64,000 bases of DNA. Source: Cenococcum geophilum (Eukaryota). Position numbers and translations under genes: made by a program. Under the pieces are notes generated by a model, which was not told where the DNA came from, did no database searches, and saw only the letters and a list, made by a program, of their open reading frames with translations. The stretch lies in NCBI GenBank assembly GCA_050273025.1, contig CP158635.1, forward strand, positions 17,918,001-17,982,000, in the 5' to 3' direction. Shown piece by piece: positions 26,857 through 40,930 of this stretch (the first letter of the stretch is position 1; the number at the start of each line of letters is the position of its first letter).

Positions 26857-28629
26857 CGAACCCGTAGGTCCCTATTTTATTTAACTACTAGTATATATTT
26901 CTAATTCTTATAAACGGAAGGCCAACCCACTACTATAATGAATGTTTTTAGAGATTTTTCTAAGCAGATAGCTTTAACGTATTAGAGTTTAATATATACC
27001 CCTTAAATACTAAGGTTAATAGTGAACACATAAAACACGAAGTTGAATTTGGAGAAATTTAGGGAAATATTAATAGGGGTGGCTGAATCGGATAGCTGCA
27101 CGATTTAACTCCCATAATTAAGGTTTATAAAAGAGAAATGGTACTAACTAACTAATATTATAACCTATAAGGCTATAATGTCTAGCTTTTACGCTTTTGC
27201 GCTCTATCCTTTATCTATATATATCTTTACAGTGTTTAATTGTGTGCTAGAATATTAACAAGCTTAGGTTTAGGCTGGGGGCTTTCTAACATTAAAAGTA
27301 GGACCCTTTTCTATCGTTATTAATCTACGAGCTAAGCCTTAAAAACCTACTAGAAAATACTAACCCCTCTTATATACAAAGCGTTTAGGTAGGCGACGTA
27401 TCTCCCTAAACTTAGATTCTTAAACGTGACGTGTTAACCAGATAGCGTTCTCCCGCTCTACGTCCTTATACCCCCTATAAGGAGCTATATCTAGCATGCG
27501 TAGATTAGACGGGGGTCTTAGCAGAATACTGGCTTGCTTTTAATATACACTATATTTAAAAAGAAGGACGGCCTGCTAGCTTAGCTTAGCCTATATATAA
27601 TAGGGAGCTCCTTACCCTAAGATTTATTCTGTTAAATTTATAAATATAAGCTCAAACATAAAATGCAAACTGCTTATCCTTCTCTACCCTTAGGGCCTTC
27701 TAGCCTTTATGTAATATCTTTAGAATCCTCTTTAATAGCTGAGGACCCTACGCCCTTAGGTAACCTATAAGTTTTAAGGGATTTTATTAGTCCGGTATAG
27801 TGGATAAAAGTTATACTTATTAACTAGTATAGCAGCATTTATAAATATCTAATAATTAAGTGCCTTATATATTAGGTATAACTAACTAGAACTTTCTAGT
27901 ACTTATACTTACCATATTTAAACGCTGCGAGATTTTATACTAGAAGTGTTTAAAAATCTAGAGATTTATAATTCCATTCTATATAACGAATTCTTTTTAG
28001 AGGATACGGAGAAGAGGATTATTCTATTATACGCTTGGGAAGCTTTTATAAAGAAGTGTATACAGAAGGGGAAATCGGGGCACGTTATAACAGTGGTTAA
28101 ATCTACCCCACTTTTTACCCTTATGTTTAAGGGTTAACGCTACGTTAATTTACCTGTATCCTTATACTGCTCCCCTAAGGTATATTAACTCGAACTTAGC
28201 ATAAGAGCTATCTCTTACTACTATTCCAGGGCATGCGTGCTATAATTATTAATGCCTTAAGGTGGTGCAAGGGAACCGCGAACACGATTAAGGCCGTAGA
28301 ACAAAACTGCTACTATCTTAAAGGCAAAAATAGTGCGATTTTACTAGGGAGCTACTGCTACTTACGCGGCATAACGGTTAATCTAATCACTTGGGGTGGT
28401 TTTGCGTCTCCTATGCCTATTTTAACTCCTGTCCCTTTTTAAGAGAAGTTATATTGGGGGTTGGAAGAAAATAGGGAGCTGATCTTAAAGGGAGATGTAG
28501 AGTTAGAGGAGATGATCTGAAAAGTAGATATATTTTACGTTCTTCTAACTTAATTAATCACTTGCTAATATTAATTTATTTCTAATTCTTGGACTGTTAA
28601 ATTAGTTAGGGGTATAACCATCTTTTTCT

Positions 28630-30400
28630 AATATAGGACCCAGTTATAACATAAAATGCTTATAAAGTATGAGCTATATAACCGAGCATCTAATAACCTA
28701 GCGTACGCTAATAATTGCGATAGTAAAGCGGCCAGATTTGGGCCGAATGGCACGAAAGTAGTTATTATATAATGTATACGCCACGAGCTTGCCCCTACTA
28801 CAGACTCTAAGACAAGTAATCTATTTACATTCGCAGCTAACTATTTTGATTTAGATCAGTGCGTTCTATTCTAGACGCCAGCTTAAATACTATATCCCTT
28901 CTCCTTGCATGTGGGAATAACAAAGTGGCTTATTATAAAGGCTTTTTTTTAAAAGGGGGAGATTAGAATAAGGCGCGTATAACCTAGCCTATTATAATAG
29001 AAGCGGACCGGGAGTAATTACCGCGTTTAGAATGGCTTATATATAAGAGACGTGGCGCTATATATACGAACTTATATAAAGGTATATATTAAGCCCGCTT
29101 CTCCTTTAATCTAATTAATAAAATAATCAGCTATATAAAAGCTAACTATTCTAGCAACCTAAATAAAAAATGGTATATTAAGCAGTAAGAGCAATTTAAG
29201 AAAGGACTAACACTCTAATATTAAGCCCGAACAGTCCTTTAGTATGTTGTTGGCACTTAAGTTAGTAGGAATGTATGACCTTGTAACCGAAATATTAAAT
29301 AAAACGAAATAAGAATAGACGCTGGCTCTTACAACAAATCTTTTAGATCTTATTTAGCGCACTCTTGTAATATATAAGACCCCTTTACTTGATTTAATAC
29401 CTACTACTCCTGCGACTTATAATAAGAACCTTTTATAGGAGTTAGTACGAACCACGGCTGAAAAAATTAAAAAGATACTTAAAGATAAATAAAGCTTTAA
29501 TATAAAGAATGTCCGAGAAGTCCTAACTTCTATAGAGCGGGATTTTAAACCCGCTAATAAAATGATTTTAGTTATTAAGGATGCAGCTAGAGGAGCGCTT
29601 TACTCTAATACTCTACGCCGAGCTATATTGGATGATCTGCTAGATCTAGCTCTTATTTATATGATAGGGCTTTCCTACTCCCTAGTATTTAAACTCCAGC
29701 GGCCAAATTACTCTAGGTACCCGGGGGATATATTGGTAGACTTCTAGCTCTAAGCCTTTAACGCTTTCTTAAGGGGCGCCGAAATTATTGTTATATATAA
29801 TAGGTATAATTTACTTAAAAAAAAAGAGTTTCCCGAAAAACTTCCTTAAAGATATATTTATAGGAAAAGGACCAGTAATAGGGTTATTGTTAATGCTCTT
29901 GTTATAACGGGCTTAAAAAGAATATTATCTAATAATAACAGAGGTAAATACCCTTATTCTATAATAATAAACTGCTAATATAATATAATAGCTTACCTTA
30001 AGCACTGTAAAGAATATACTGTAAGTCTAGGTCGAGATAAAGATATAAATGCTATTTGGTTATACTCCGACTAAACTAAAGATAAAAAATCAGAGTATGT
30101 ATTATATAGAGATTTAATACCTTTAACTAATTGGTTATAGATACTTTAATGGATGTAAATTAATAGTTAATACACTTGCGGTACTTAAGCCTTATCAGCG
30201 CTATGGTTATAGGACATTACTACTAAACGCATATATAAAGTTAGCCGACTCTAATAGTGCTAAAATGGCTGGATTATTTACACTATAGAGCTAAAAGATT
30301 GCTAAGAGAGCTAGGTTTAATACTAAAGATCTTATTATGTAGTATGGGGAGGAGTCTTTTATTATAAGCCTTAGTATTCGCTCCGCTCCAGGAGTTTAAG
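28630..30400 (+). pseudogene. GNAT-family acetyltransferase domain fused to an unknown N-terminal region
   Basis: ORF 29562-29747 (LRRAILDDLLDLA..LVFKLQRPNYSRYPGDIL) resembles a GNAT start; acetyl-CoA motif A TLAVLKPYQRYGYRTLLL at ~30170-30225; the frame continues upstream of 29562. Confidence 0.65.
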
Positions 30401-33077
30401 TTATTAGGATAGGAATTAGAAAATAGTACTAGCGAGAAATAAACTAATTATAAGAATATACGTCTTAGGGAGCTTCCCAGATAAGAAATCCTATAGGCTT
30501 TACAATAACCTCCCGGATAAAAAGCCCTATAAACTTAGCAATAAGAACAACTCTAATAGCGCGCCCTTTTAGTCCCTTCCCCCTATACTAAAATAGATAT
30601 ATAACAGCGTTACGTAATATAGAAAAAAATTTTAAGATAGCTTGTGTAAATAAACTAGGGTATACTTCTAAGCGCGTAAATATATTTACCCGTAGGTTTC
30701 TTAATTTAAAATATAAATAAAAGTTGTGGGTAACCTATAAAAACCACGCTGAAAGGACTATTAAGTAGATAGCTTAACTTCTGGATATATAAATCCATAA
30801 GTACCTTACCGCTATTGTGGTTGCATTACTAATATACATCTATATACAGCTTGTTATGCTCCTCGCTGCCATCTATATAAGAGCGTAATTTATATTAGTT
30901 TTAAGGCTGCCTGGGAACGTTTATACTTGCTAGCAGGATTAAATAAGATAAAGGGTAATAGTTAAAAATCAGTGGCCTATATAAACATAATAAAGGTAAA
31001 ACTGCTTAAGGGCTGTTGGTTATGGTAGCTAGATGCCGCTGGGTGGAAGGCGGTTTTCTTATATACTGTCGTTGGCCGTAAAGATAGGATATAAGCAAAT
31101 TGTATAGAGGTTGCTAGTTTTATACAAATAACTATGTATAAAGAGCTATATCTTATAATATATATAAGCGTTCTTAAATCCAAATGTATACTAAGATATT
31201 AATGGTATAGATATACTAATGAGCCTTATAAAACTCGTATTGATATTAAATTTCCCGTTTAAAGTTCTTTTGGGTTGTTTTAGCAGCTTTAAAATAGCTT
31301 AGATGCTATTATATTTTATATACTAAACATTTTATAGGTAATCTTGTACCTTGTAGTAGTTATACTAGAAGTTGGGGGGTATATACGGCAAAACGATGTA
31401 GGAAAAGAACGTTCTTACGGTGCAAAGTATTAAGATATTTCGGTCTAAAATTACCTATATTCTCCTAAAATACGTTACAGACTTAGCTAATTAACGGCAG
31501 TGGGATGTATATAAGCCTATACAATTAGATTGTCTATTAATGAGGATTTAAAGCTAGAGAAAGGAAAAGAAAGGAAAATAATCGTTATGCTGCTTAAAGT
31601 CAGGCTTTATATCCCCTAGTTACGTACTAGTTACGTACCTACTACTTTTTGCCATTTTTTCTGCCGCAATCTTCCGCAGTCTGCCGTTTTCTATCAGTGT
31701 ACGTAATAAAATCCAGCCAACTTTAGGCCAAAATATTATAATAACTACTAAACTATTTTATATAATTTTAACGGTGTTTTAATTGCCTTAATGAGCTTAT
31801 AAACTTAATGCTACCTAAATTTTAATAAAAGTATTAATTTATGCTATCCTAGCAAATTATAATAGAAATCCGAACAGCGCCCTACCTATGCTTATGTAAT
31901 TCTATATATGATTATAGGTAGTCTAATAGCGAGGTAACTAAGGACCACACCAAAAGTACGATATCTTTTTTTTGTAAACTTCTTAGCTCTATCTGCTATT
32001 GCCATTTACTTTAAATGCTTTTTAGTAAATACAGCCTAAAGTTATCATTATAGGCTTTTGGTCCTTCTAAGCCGTAGCTACGATATTCCATCAAGAGATC
32101 GCTAAGCTGGGGAAGAAAGGTTTGGTCTGATCACTAACTAAGCAATATAGATCCGCAATGGTTCCACAGCCCTTAATCCGTTTATTACCTCCTATCTAAA
32201 CTTAAAAATGGTAATATATGGTAAGTAACCTTGTCTAAGTGCTATCTTAAACTAATAAGCATAAGGGAATCTTCTACCCTCCTCCCCAAACAGCTTAGTT
32301 GCTAAATTATTCCCCTTACCACTAAAGAGTAGTTTCCTCTCCTAAACATTAACATTACCTAGTTGTAGATGTTCCTAAAATCCCCGTATATAGCGTGCAC
32401 TTAAGGCTCTTAAAGAGCGGCTTAGCAACCTTAAGAAGAGTATTAGAGTGCCGTTTACTAAAGCAATGCCGTTTAACTTTAATAAGCTAGAGCATGTTCT
32501 AAAGTATAGTAAATTATTAAGTATCGGCATTACACGTTTAGAGGGCCTAGTTAGTGCTTTATTTAATAATATAGGTAAAGCTAGGGTTATAAAGTAAAGG
32601 GGTAAAGGCGAGGTTTGTTTAGTTATTAACTGTGGCAGAAAATATAGATCTAAGAAAAGATTACGCAGGTATATTCAAGACACGTCTAGCCTAGGCTATA
32701 GGATTTAGGCTAAGGCTATTGCTTATACCTTTTATTTGGAATATAATATTGATCTCCGCAGCACTAATAGTCTCTAGGTTTATAATAAACAGTCTTACCC
32801 TAAAATATCTGCGTATTAGATTAAAGTTTATAAACTATTTATAAGAGTTATTCCGGGTAAGTACCTTATAAAAGCTTTATTTAATCCGCTTATGCTAATA
32901 TTAGCATTATTTTTTAAGACTCTAAGATTAGCTTCTAACGTAGAAGCCCTGATAAGGAGCGTAGCCGAAGAATCTCCTAGGTTATACCATTCTTAGAATG
33001 CTATAGCCACCCCTTAGAATAAGCCCCCCCTAGGTTTCACTACTACCGGTTTTAAGTTTAACTTAGATCCTCGCGGA

Positions 33078-33620
33078 ATGGTAGTAAGGAATCTTGGCGA
33101 GCTTGGTTTCGATACCCCGGCGGGTTTTAACTATACTTTTATATATAACGTAGCTGATGTTAAGTTTAATATAAACCCTTACGGAATGGCAATAAGGAAC
33201 CTTAATAAGCTTAGTTTTGATGCCCCGACGGGTTCTAATAGCGCTTTTATATATAATATAACTGATATTAAGTTTAACATAGACCCTTATGGAATGGCAG
33301 TAAGGAACCTTAACGAGCTTGGTTTTAGTGCCCCTATGGGTTCTAATAGCACTTTTATATATAACGCGGCTAATTTTAAGTTTAATATAAACCCTTATAG
33401 AATAGCAATAAGGAACCTTAACGAGCTCGGTTTTGGTGCCCTAGTGGGCTCTAATAGCGCTTTTATATATAACGCGGCTAATTTTAAGTTTAGTATAGAC
33501 TCTTATAGAATGGCAATAGGGAACCCTAGTAAGCCTAGTTTTAGTGCCCCCGCGGGTTTTAATAGCGCTTTTATAGGCAATGCTATTAGTTTTGATTTTA
33601 ACCTAGGTGGTTATGGTAAC
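33078..33620 (+). repeat. Five tandem 108-bp (36-aa) coding repeats, C-terminal part of an unknown gene
   Basis: Units start at 33078, 33186, 33294, 33402 and 33510; consensus ~MAIRNLNELGFSAPxGSNSAFIYNAANFKFNINPYG. Confidence 0.9.
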
Positions 33621-35469
33621 CTAAATATTAATTAAGGGAGCTTCTTAAGCGGTAAGGAGGAGTGGCAATAATTTTCCTAATAGGTTGCTAGATATAGTGT
33701 TTCAGCTTAATATATAAACTACATTAATATAGTAGGCGGTGTTTTAAGCATAGAGTTTCGTTTAGTGGTGCTTTAATTTTTCTAAGCAATTAAATAAGTT
33801 GAGATTTATAGCGAATTTAAGAGCGCTTCTAAATATAGTGAATAACTATAGCCCTTCCTGCCCTACTAATGGGGTTTAGAGTTAACCTCCTAACCTATCT
33901 ATTATAAAGAATAGTATCTCCCCCATAAGCCTTAATCCTTACTATATTATTTGTTGTCTTACCCTAAAGACTTATATTATAAAGTATATGCCATTTTTGA
34001 GTTAAGTCTCCCCTAAGATAATAACAAATAATTTTAATAACCTCCGTCTTGCTAGTAAGTTCCTCCTAGTCCTTTGACTGCCTAACTATTAAATTAGAAT
34101 CCTTAGGGAACTCTCTATTATTGTAATGGGAGCTTATAAAATTGCCATCGCGAGGTAGACGTAGGGTGCTTAGGATACTTTAAATATACTACTAGCCTAA
34201 AAGGTGTTAGATTATATTATAACTAATATTTATAAAGGAAGCTAAACCGGGTTCTACTTAACCTGCTACCTTAATATTTCTGGCCTTAAGCCTATAGCAT
34301 TTTTTAACACCAATTAGCTATTATCTTTAAGAGTTTGGCGGATAAGAGCTTATATAGAAGGCTAAGAAAGATTTAAGGTATCAGGTTTTTCTATATCTTT
34401 TTTAAGAATTTTAACTTAATAAGAACTTATCTCTAAACAATATGAAAAATGTTGGCGTGGGGTAGTGTAGGATATTGTTCTGCTACTAATGCTAAGAAGT
34501 GCTCTGGACGACGTCGGTGCTTAATATTTTAGTATATAACTGTTAGTGCCTCTAAAAGAGACGAACTATTATTACCGTTATTAAGATTAAGTGAGTGTGT
34601 TCCTGCCAAAATTATTATTAGCTTGCGCTTTTAGCTCTAATAAATTATATATTAGCTTAGTAATAGTCGCTATAGGGAGCCTAAGTAACGCTTTTAGCAT
34701 TTTTACCTGCCTGCTAGCTAGGTTGTCTTATCGCACACTTAGTTGGAAATGGATTAGATATTCTATTAGCATTAGCTAGAGGATAATAGGAGAATTCCTA
34801 AAGTTGATAAGAGAGGAGTTTGGTGTTTAAACCCGATAGAAGGGTGCTTATTTTTAGGTAGGGGATTTGGGTATAAGTTTGCCTTATAATATATAAATTA
34901 GCCTATATAGGGCGTATTACGCCCCGCTTCTATCCTTCCTAGCGCAATACTATAATTTACTTTCTTAGCCTTTATCTATACTGGAGCTTGCTACCTAGCT
35001 CTAGCGGTCTTAAGACTTTATATAGGTTCTATCTGATTAAAGCAGTATACCCGAAGGGAGGATTAGTATAGATAATAAGTGTTATAGCTAGGCCTAGGTT
35101 GAGAAGACTAACTAATTAAGACTAATGGTTTATTAGGGCTTTTATGCATTACTAAAGAATTAAAATATGTCCTGTATGTGGGTAAAAGCCGTTACCTGTT
35201 TGCTCCGATAAATTGTAAATTACAACACTACCTTTTATATAGAAAATGTGGAGATTTAGATACTAATAGCTAATATATAGAGTTATAGATAGAGTAGAGA
35301 TAGAGTAAAGGTAGTTCCTTATTTAATCCTAATTATTAAGCCCCATAACAAAACGAGACTAAAATTTAAAGGTTTAAAGTACGGGCTTTAGGACTATAGG
35401 CGTAACGTCTAAAAGCCTAGTCTAGCCGCTAAGTCTTATAAGGCATAATGACTCTAATTAATAGGTCTA

Positions 35470-35665
35470 CGCGTATGGGTACTAGGATTAAAAATGAGAC
35501 GCTATAAAGTATGGGCGCCTAGATAAAAAGTAACTCTATAAAGCACGGGCGCCTAGATAGAAAGTGATCCTAAAGTATGGGCTCTAGTACTAAAAGTGAT
35601 CTAAAGCTTGAGCTCTACTATAAGAATTCTAGAGTATAAGCATCCGGGCTAAAAACGAGATGCCT
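35470..35665. repeat. Degenerate ~30-35-bp minisatellite
   Basis: Recurring AAAGYAYGGGCGCCTAGATARAAAGT-like units. Confidence 0.6.
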
Positions 35666-38600
35666 TAAAAATGCGACGCTCTCTAGCTAGGCTACTAAGG
35701 TTTATTGCGGGGGACTATCTAAAGCCAACTATGTCTAGTTTAAGCGCTAAGTAATGGAGTAAAATGAAGTAAAACTGTATTCTAAAAGTATGCTGGCCGG
35801 GTGCGTATATATATATATTACGGCCCTTATTCGTTTATATAGATACTCTTTACCGCTATTATAATAAAATTAATAACTTTCCTTTAGTATATCTTAACTG
35901 CTTGTGTATTTATCTGCCTAAGTTTCTACTTCTATTTTTATTTTTGTAATAGAAAACAGAAAGTAATATAATAAGCTTTGGTACTAGCTGCCCTCCTCTT
36001 ATTACCCCAATTTATTTCTGCTATTGTTTTAGTTGTTATTAATGCATTTTAGGATTATATACGCTATACGTTAAACTATAGTTAATTTTTAGGCCAGAAA
36101 TAGAACTAATATCTTATTATAGCTGATGTAAGATTACCGCTTATTATTTTATGCGGGTTTATAACTATTCCTCTAATTGCTAAAGTAATTTATAAAGTAA
36201 ATTTAAAGAGGGGTAAAGCTAACGGATATAGTATACGTCGCTAAATAAAGTTCTTCTTAAAGCTAAAATTGGTAAGCCATTTTTTATGGGAGTTAGGGTA
36301 GTAGTGTTCTTATTAAGGATAGCACTCTTTAGACTATAGGTTCTTCCTATACACTCTCCTAACCTCTCCCTCTAACCTATATCTATAGTTTAGTTGCCAA
36401 AGCAGGCTATACACCCCTCTTAGAGAGTTCCCACTTTTGGTTTATATTAGAGGTTGGCCTCGTTAGCCTTAAAGAGATCTTTATTGCCTATATATATTTA
36501 ATTCTCCTTAGAAGCCGTATTAGAAGTAAAAGCGGTTTTAAATACAATTACGGCTCCTACCGCTAATAATTGCTCTATTTGTTTACTATAGAGAGTAACA
36601 ACCTTATCTAAAGGCATACTATAATAGTCCTTATAAATGCTATTATAGTACTCTCTATCCTAGCGTGTATAGGGCTAGTAGCTGCTTATAAGGACTATGA
36701 CATCCCTTTTATAACGGTAAACTTCTCCTTATAAAGTACGTCTAATTTGTTACTAACTAGCTAAAGTTTTAAATTGCCTGTATTAGCTAAAGAAGACCCT
36801 AGTAAATTATAGTATGAGTACCTTCTACTACCCTAGCTGGTCTATTGCCCTTTTGTCCCTCCTACTATAAAAGGTTAAATAATAGCTAAACTGCTCTTAT
36901 AAGCCCTTTACGGCTTTTTTACTCTTCTTTAAAGGATAGTATATACTAAGATTTTTATTACGCGCAAGATAGGACGGAGGTAATTTTAACATAAGGAGAT
37001 TAGTATATACTTAGCTTAACGCCACTTAATTAGAACTTTTAGTGTCTTTGGTTATTAATATCTTGCTAGATCAATATATACTATTTTTAATAGCTTTTTT
37101 ATACCTAATATCTTGCTCGCATATTAAGATATAATGGTATAATTGTTTTAGCCTTGCCTACTTTTGTTATTAAAATGGATTTAGTATAGCCTCTAATAAA
37201 AATATATGGTGCTAAATGCATGTCTGTCTAGGGCTTACGCCTTATGTAGATTTATAGGCGCCTTTTATAGGTTCTTATAATCCTCGCCTATATCCCTCCT
37301 TGTCTGCTATCCTCTTTACCTGCATTCTCCCATACCTACTACTGTACTTTTAAATAAAATTTTAAATGCTAGTATAGAGAGAGGTCCTCTATAAGACCGA
37401 TTTAATAGCCCTAAGCCTTCTCTTAGATTTACTTATGGTATAGTTACTGTTAAACCTAATTAGAGATTAAAACCTGTGTCTTTTTCTACTTTATCTTCTC
37501 CTACTTTCCTTTCTATTTCCTTCCCTTCTCCTCTCCTTTCTCCTAACCTCCCTTCCCCTACCTTTACTGAAATTAAAGATTATTAGTCTGACGAGGTAAT
37601 GGAGGAGGAGATATAGGTAACTTTATTTACCTATTAAGAAACTAAAACTAATAAAGATAGATAAAGAAAGCCCCTTAGTAGATACTTACGCCAATTAAGG
37701 AGTAAGCCGACGGTAGTTTACAGTATAAGTGTGACAATTTGTACTTAGAAACCGAATATAACGAACTACGTAAAATTAAGGTAAGAATTTATAGCTTTAT
37801 AAAATGAAAATTTGCTTATATACTGGTGTAGCTTATAGTAAAAGCTAGTCCTCTAGGATTATATATTCCACTAGGTTATTACCTCCGTATCTATTATATT
37901 CTTCCCTAAGTAAATAAAGTGTTAATACGCTATAATCTATGGGCACAATACAAACCTAGTAAGATTCTTCTGCCTTTTTTTGAAGGGTTACTACCTGGCC
38001 ACTAGTTCTACTGAGATAGGACCACCCCTTCAGACACCGCAGTTATTTGTGGGCTAGTCATACTATTTATATAATTCTGGGGAAAATCAGGGAAGATGTG
38101 GATTATTAGTGGGTGTTAGTAGGCGCCTATAGCAATGAAGCTAGAATATAGCACCTTTGTATTAGCACGAGATATACAATAAAACTACCTTTGCTAAAGG
38201 TTTAGGGTCGCGCATTTGTAGGTAAGAACTATGGAGTAGTTAAACGAAATAATAGATTGTCTTTGCTATATAGTATCCCTATCTTTATATAATATTATTA
38301 GAGTATACCTCTGTCCCACTTTCTACGCTAAAGTGGTGAGGATATATTGACTATATTTTCTATTTCTTTTCCCCTTCTATAAGAATATACGCCTTGTATA
38401 CAAGATAACCATCTATTTACTCTGCTCTAGGATATTTAACAAACATTCCCAACTAACTGGTATTATAAGCCTTAGGCTCTTCCTAATAGATTACGCACTT
38501 TTAGAGGTAAGATTGCGATAGTAAAAGAGTTATTAGGCTGGGACTTACTTCTGGTTCTGTATAATATAGAGGAAGTTATTAAGGTGCTTTAGGTGTAAGA

Positions 38601-39289
38601 GGTGATGGAAGTATTTTAGGTGTTGTAGGTTTTATAAATGTTATATATGTCGGTGTCGTAGGTGTTAATATCGTAAGTGTCGATATTATAGGTGTCGGTG
38701 TTATTAGTAATGAGGTCGTGTGTCTGTTACGCTAGTTCTCTAAACACGCTATAGCTAGAACATTTATTATAAGGCCGCTAAGGAGACTTATTTTTGAGGG
38801 AATGTATAGAATATTCTGAATCCGCGGCGTTTTAAAATAATAATAGTGTTAGGGCACGCTCTAGGAGAGCGCTACTAGGCCACTCAATTTATAATATAGC
38901 CACTTTTATTCTATTAGCTAATAAGCGAAAGATGGCTTAAACCTCTAGAGCTACTCTTAAGATATAAGCCTAAACTCTTTATTAAATTCTCTCCCGTATA
39001 TTTGAGAAAAAAACTCCCCTAGAAGATATATGTGCCCTATTTAGGTACTTTCCCTACCTAAAAGGCTGAAGTACTGTGTATAGGCCTATGTTTTACTAAA
39101 TGCAACGCCAAATAGAAAGATGTGTAAGAAGGAGAACTTAAATGCGTTAGCTTTATATAGGAAAATGAGCTAATTATACCCGCATAATGTGGCGGGCGCT
39201 AGCTATATATCTTAGCCCGGTTTGCGCCACCTAGGATAACTATACTAGTTGTTCTTAATTAGGCTTAACGTAGAATTCACCGCAGCCGC

Positions 39290-40930
39290 TATGCCGAATA
39301 CTTTTATGACTAACCCTGCCGCTCCTAGGTAATTGTTGTATAAATAGTCTGGCGTAATATTGGATTTTTAAGTCCTGCCGCCTAAGTTTAGTATGCCTAG
39401 GTATATAGTAGGTGGTGAAGAGGTAAGCAAACTCTTATAGGGCGATAAAGATGCTAATGGCGAAAACCTAAAAACAAAAGCGGAAAAAGGCTCTTGCTAA
39501 TCCTAATCCCTTACTTAAGGCCTTCTTTTCCTTGTATAACAACTTATTATATCTTAATAAGCGTTAAAAGGTTAGAGTTTTTGTAGAAGTATTACACGAT
39601 GCGTAAATGCTGTATAGTGCAGCAAATAATAGAGAGTTAAAGTTTGAGTTTATAGAAAAGGACGGTATATAAACAGACGAGTTCTGTCCGAAATCTTATT
39701 AGCCTTTTAATTTAGAGCTATGGACCTTCTAGGATATACTTCCTAAGTAATTATCTCCGCCAACTACCGATATCTACCTTATACGTCTGATGTTTAAAGA
39801 TATCGAATATCTAAAGGATGACTACATACGCTATAGAATGATCTACACTTTCCTCTTATGCCTAGAGAAATATATAACTTGCTAGGAGAAGTACTAGGAG
39901 ATGAAGACAAATAGAAAAAAGGCTGTTATTAGGAGTAATATACTAGGAAAAACGGACTAGACAAAATATAAGCAATGTATTAGCGCTGGCGAAAAGCTAA
40001 ACTACTTCTGCTCTGGTTTGGTTATCGGACTAGGACCTTATTTAAGTATTAAGTATAACGTCTTGCCGTGGTTTAATATAACTACTAATCTTTTCTAGAT
40101 AGGAGAGGGCAGCCCTACTAGGAGAAGAGTGTAAGATTTTCTTATTATACGCAAATATAATGCCCTGGTACAAGATCTGCCTTAAAATGTTAGCCCTAGC
40201 TACTAAGTTAATGGGTTTATACCTTTAACGATATCTTTGTAAAGATAGTACAGTTTGTAGAATCTTATTCTAGTTAAACTATAAATATTAGGGTAACTTG
40301 TTGGGTATATACGCCTTTATAAGCTCGTTACTTCTAGGCCAAAGTAGTTTTCGTTTTAGTAAAGTCTATAAAGTAGCTGTTAGAATACCTACTAAGAGTT
40401 TTAGGGGAATAGCCGTATTAGGAAGCGGAATAGCATATAGATATTTAATTAAATATTTCGCATATTAAGGCGGACATCCTTACGTTTAGCCTCTTGTATC
40501 CACTAATAGGTAACTCTAATAATAAGGATCCCCAATGCTAAGCGCACATATACTCTGATTAAGAGTTATAGTTAATGCGCCTCGCTTTATAACTAGAACA
40601 ATAGTAGACGCTTAGGGAGTACCTTAATATATAATTAGAACAATAGCGGTATATAACGCTTAGAGAGTACCTTAATATATAACTAGAACTATAGGTATAC
40701 CCGCAGTTTAAGTAGTACTTATAACCTAACTAATACCCTAAGGAACTATGGAGCTATAACGGGATATATTATTTAGTGTCCGTTCCCTAGATGGATATAT
40801 AAGATATCCCGCCACTAAGTTCCCTAAATAGCTGAGTTACGTTTATTTAGACTCTAAGTAACTCCCTACTTTAAAGCTTAAAGCCAGTAATCTTACCGCT
40901 AGAATCCTTAAAGTTGGGAAGTTTATTCTA
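39290..40930 (+). pseudogene. Unknown gene remnant
   Basis: Readable frame DIYLIRLMFKDIEYLKDDYIRYRMIY..QCISAGEKLNYFCSGLVIGLG at ~39770-40040; boundaries uncertain. Confidence 0.35.

Noticed and set aside
33078..33620. CRISPR-like array
   Set aside because: Head-to-tail 108-bp units with no unique spacers, in a eukaryotic context.
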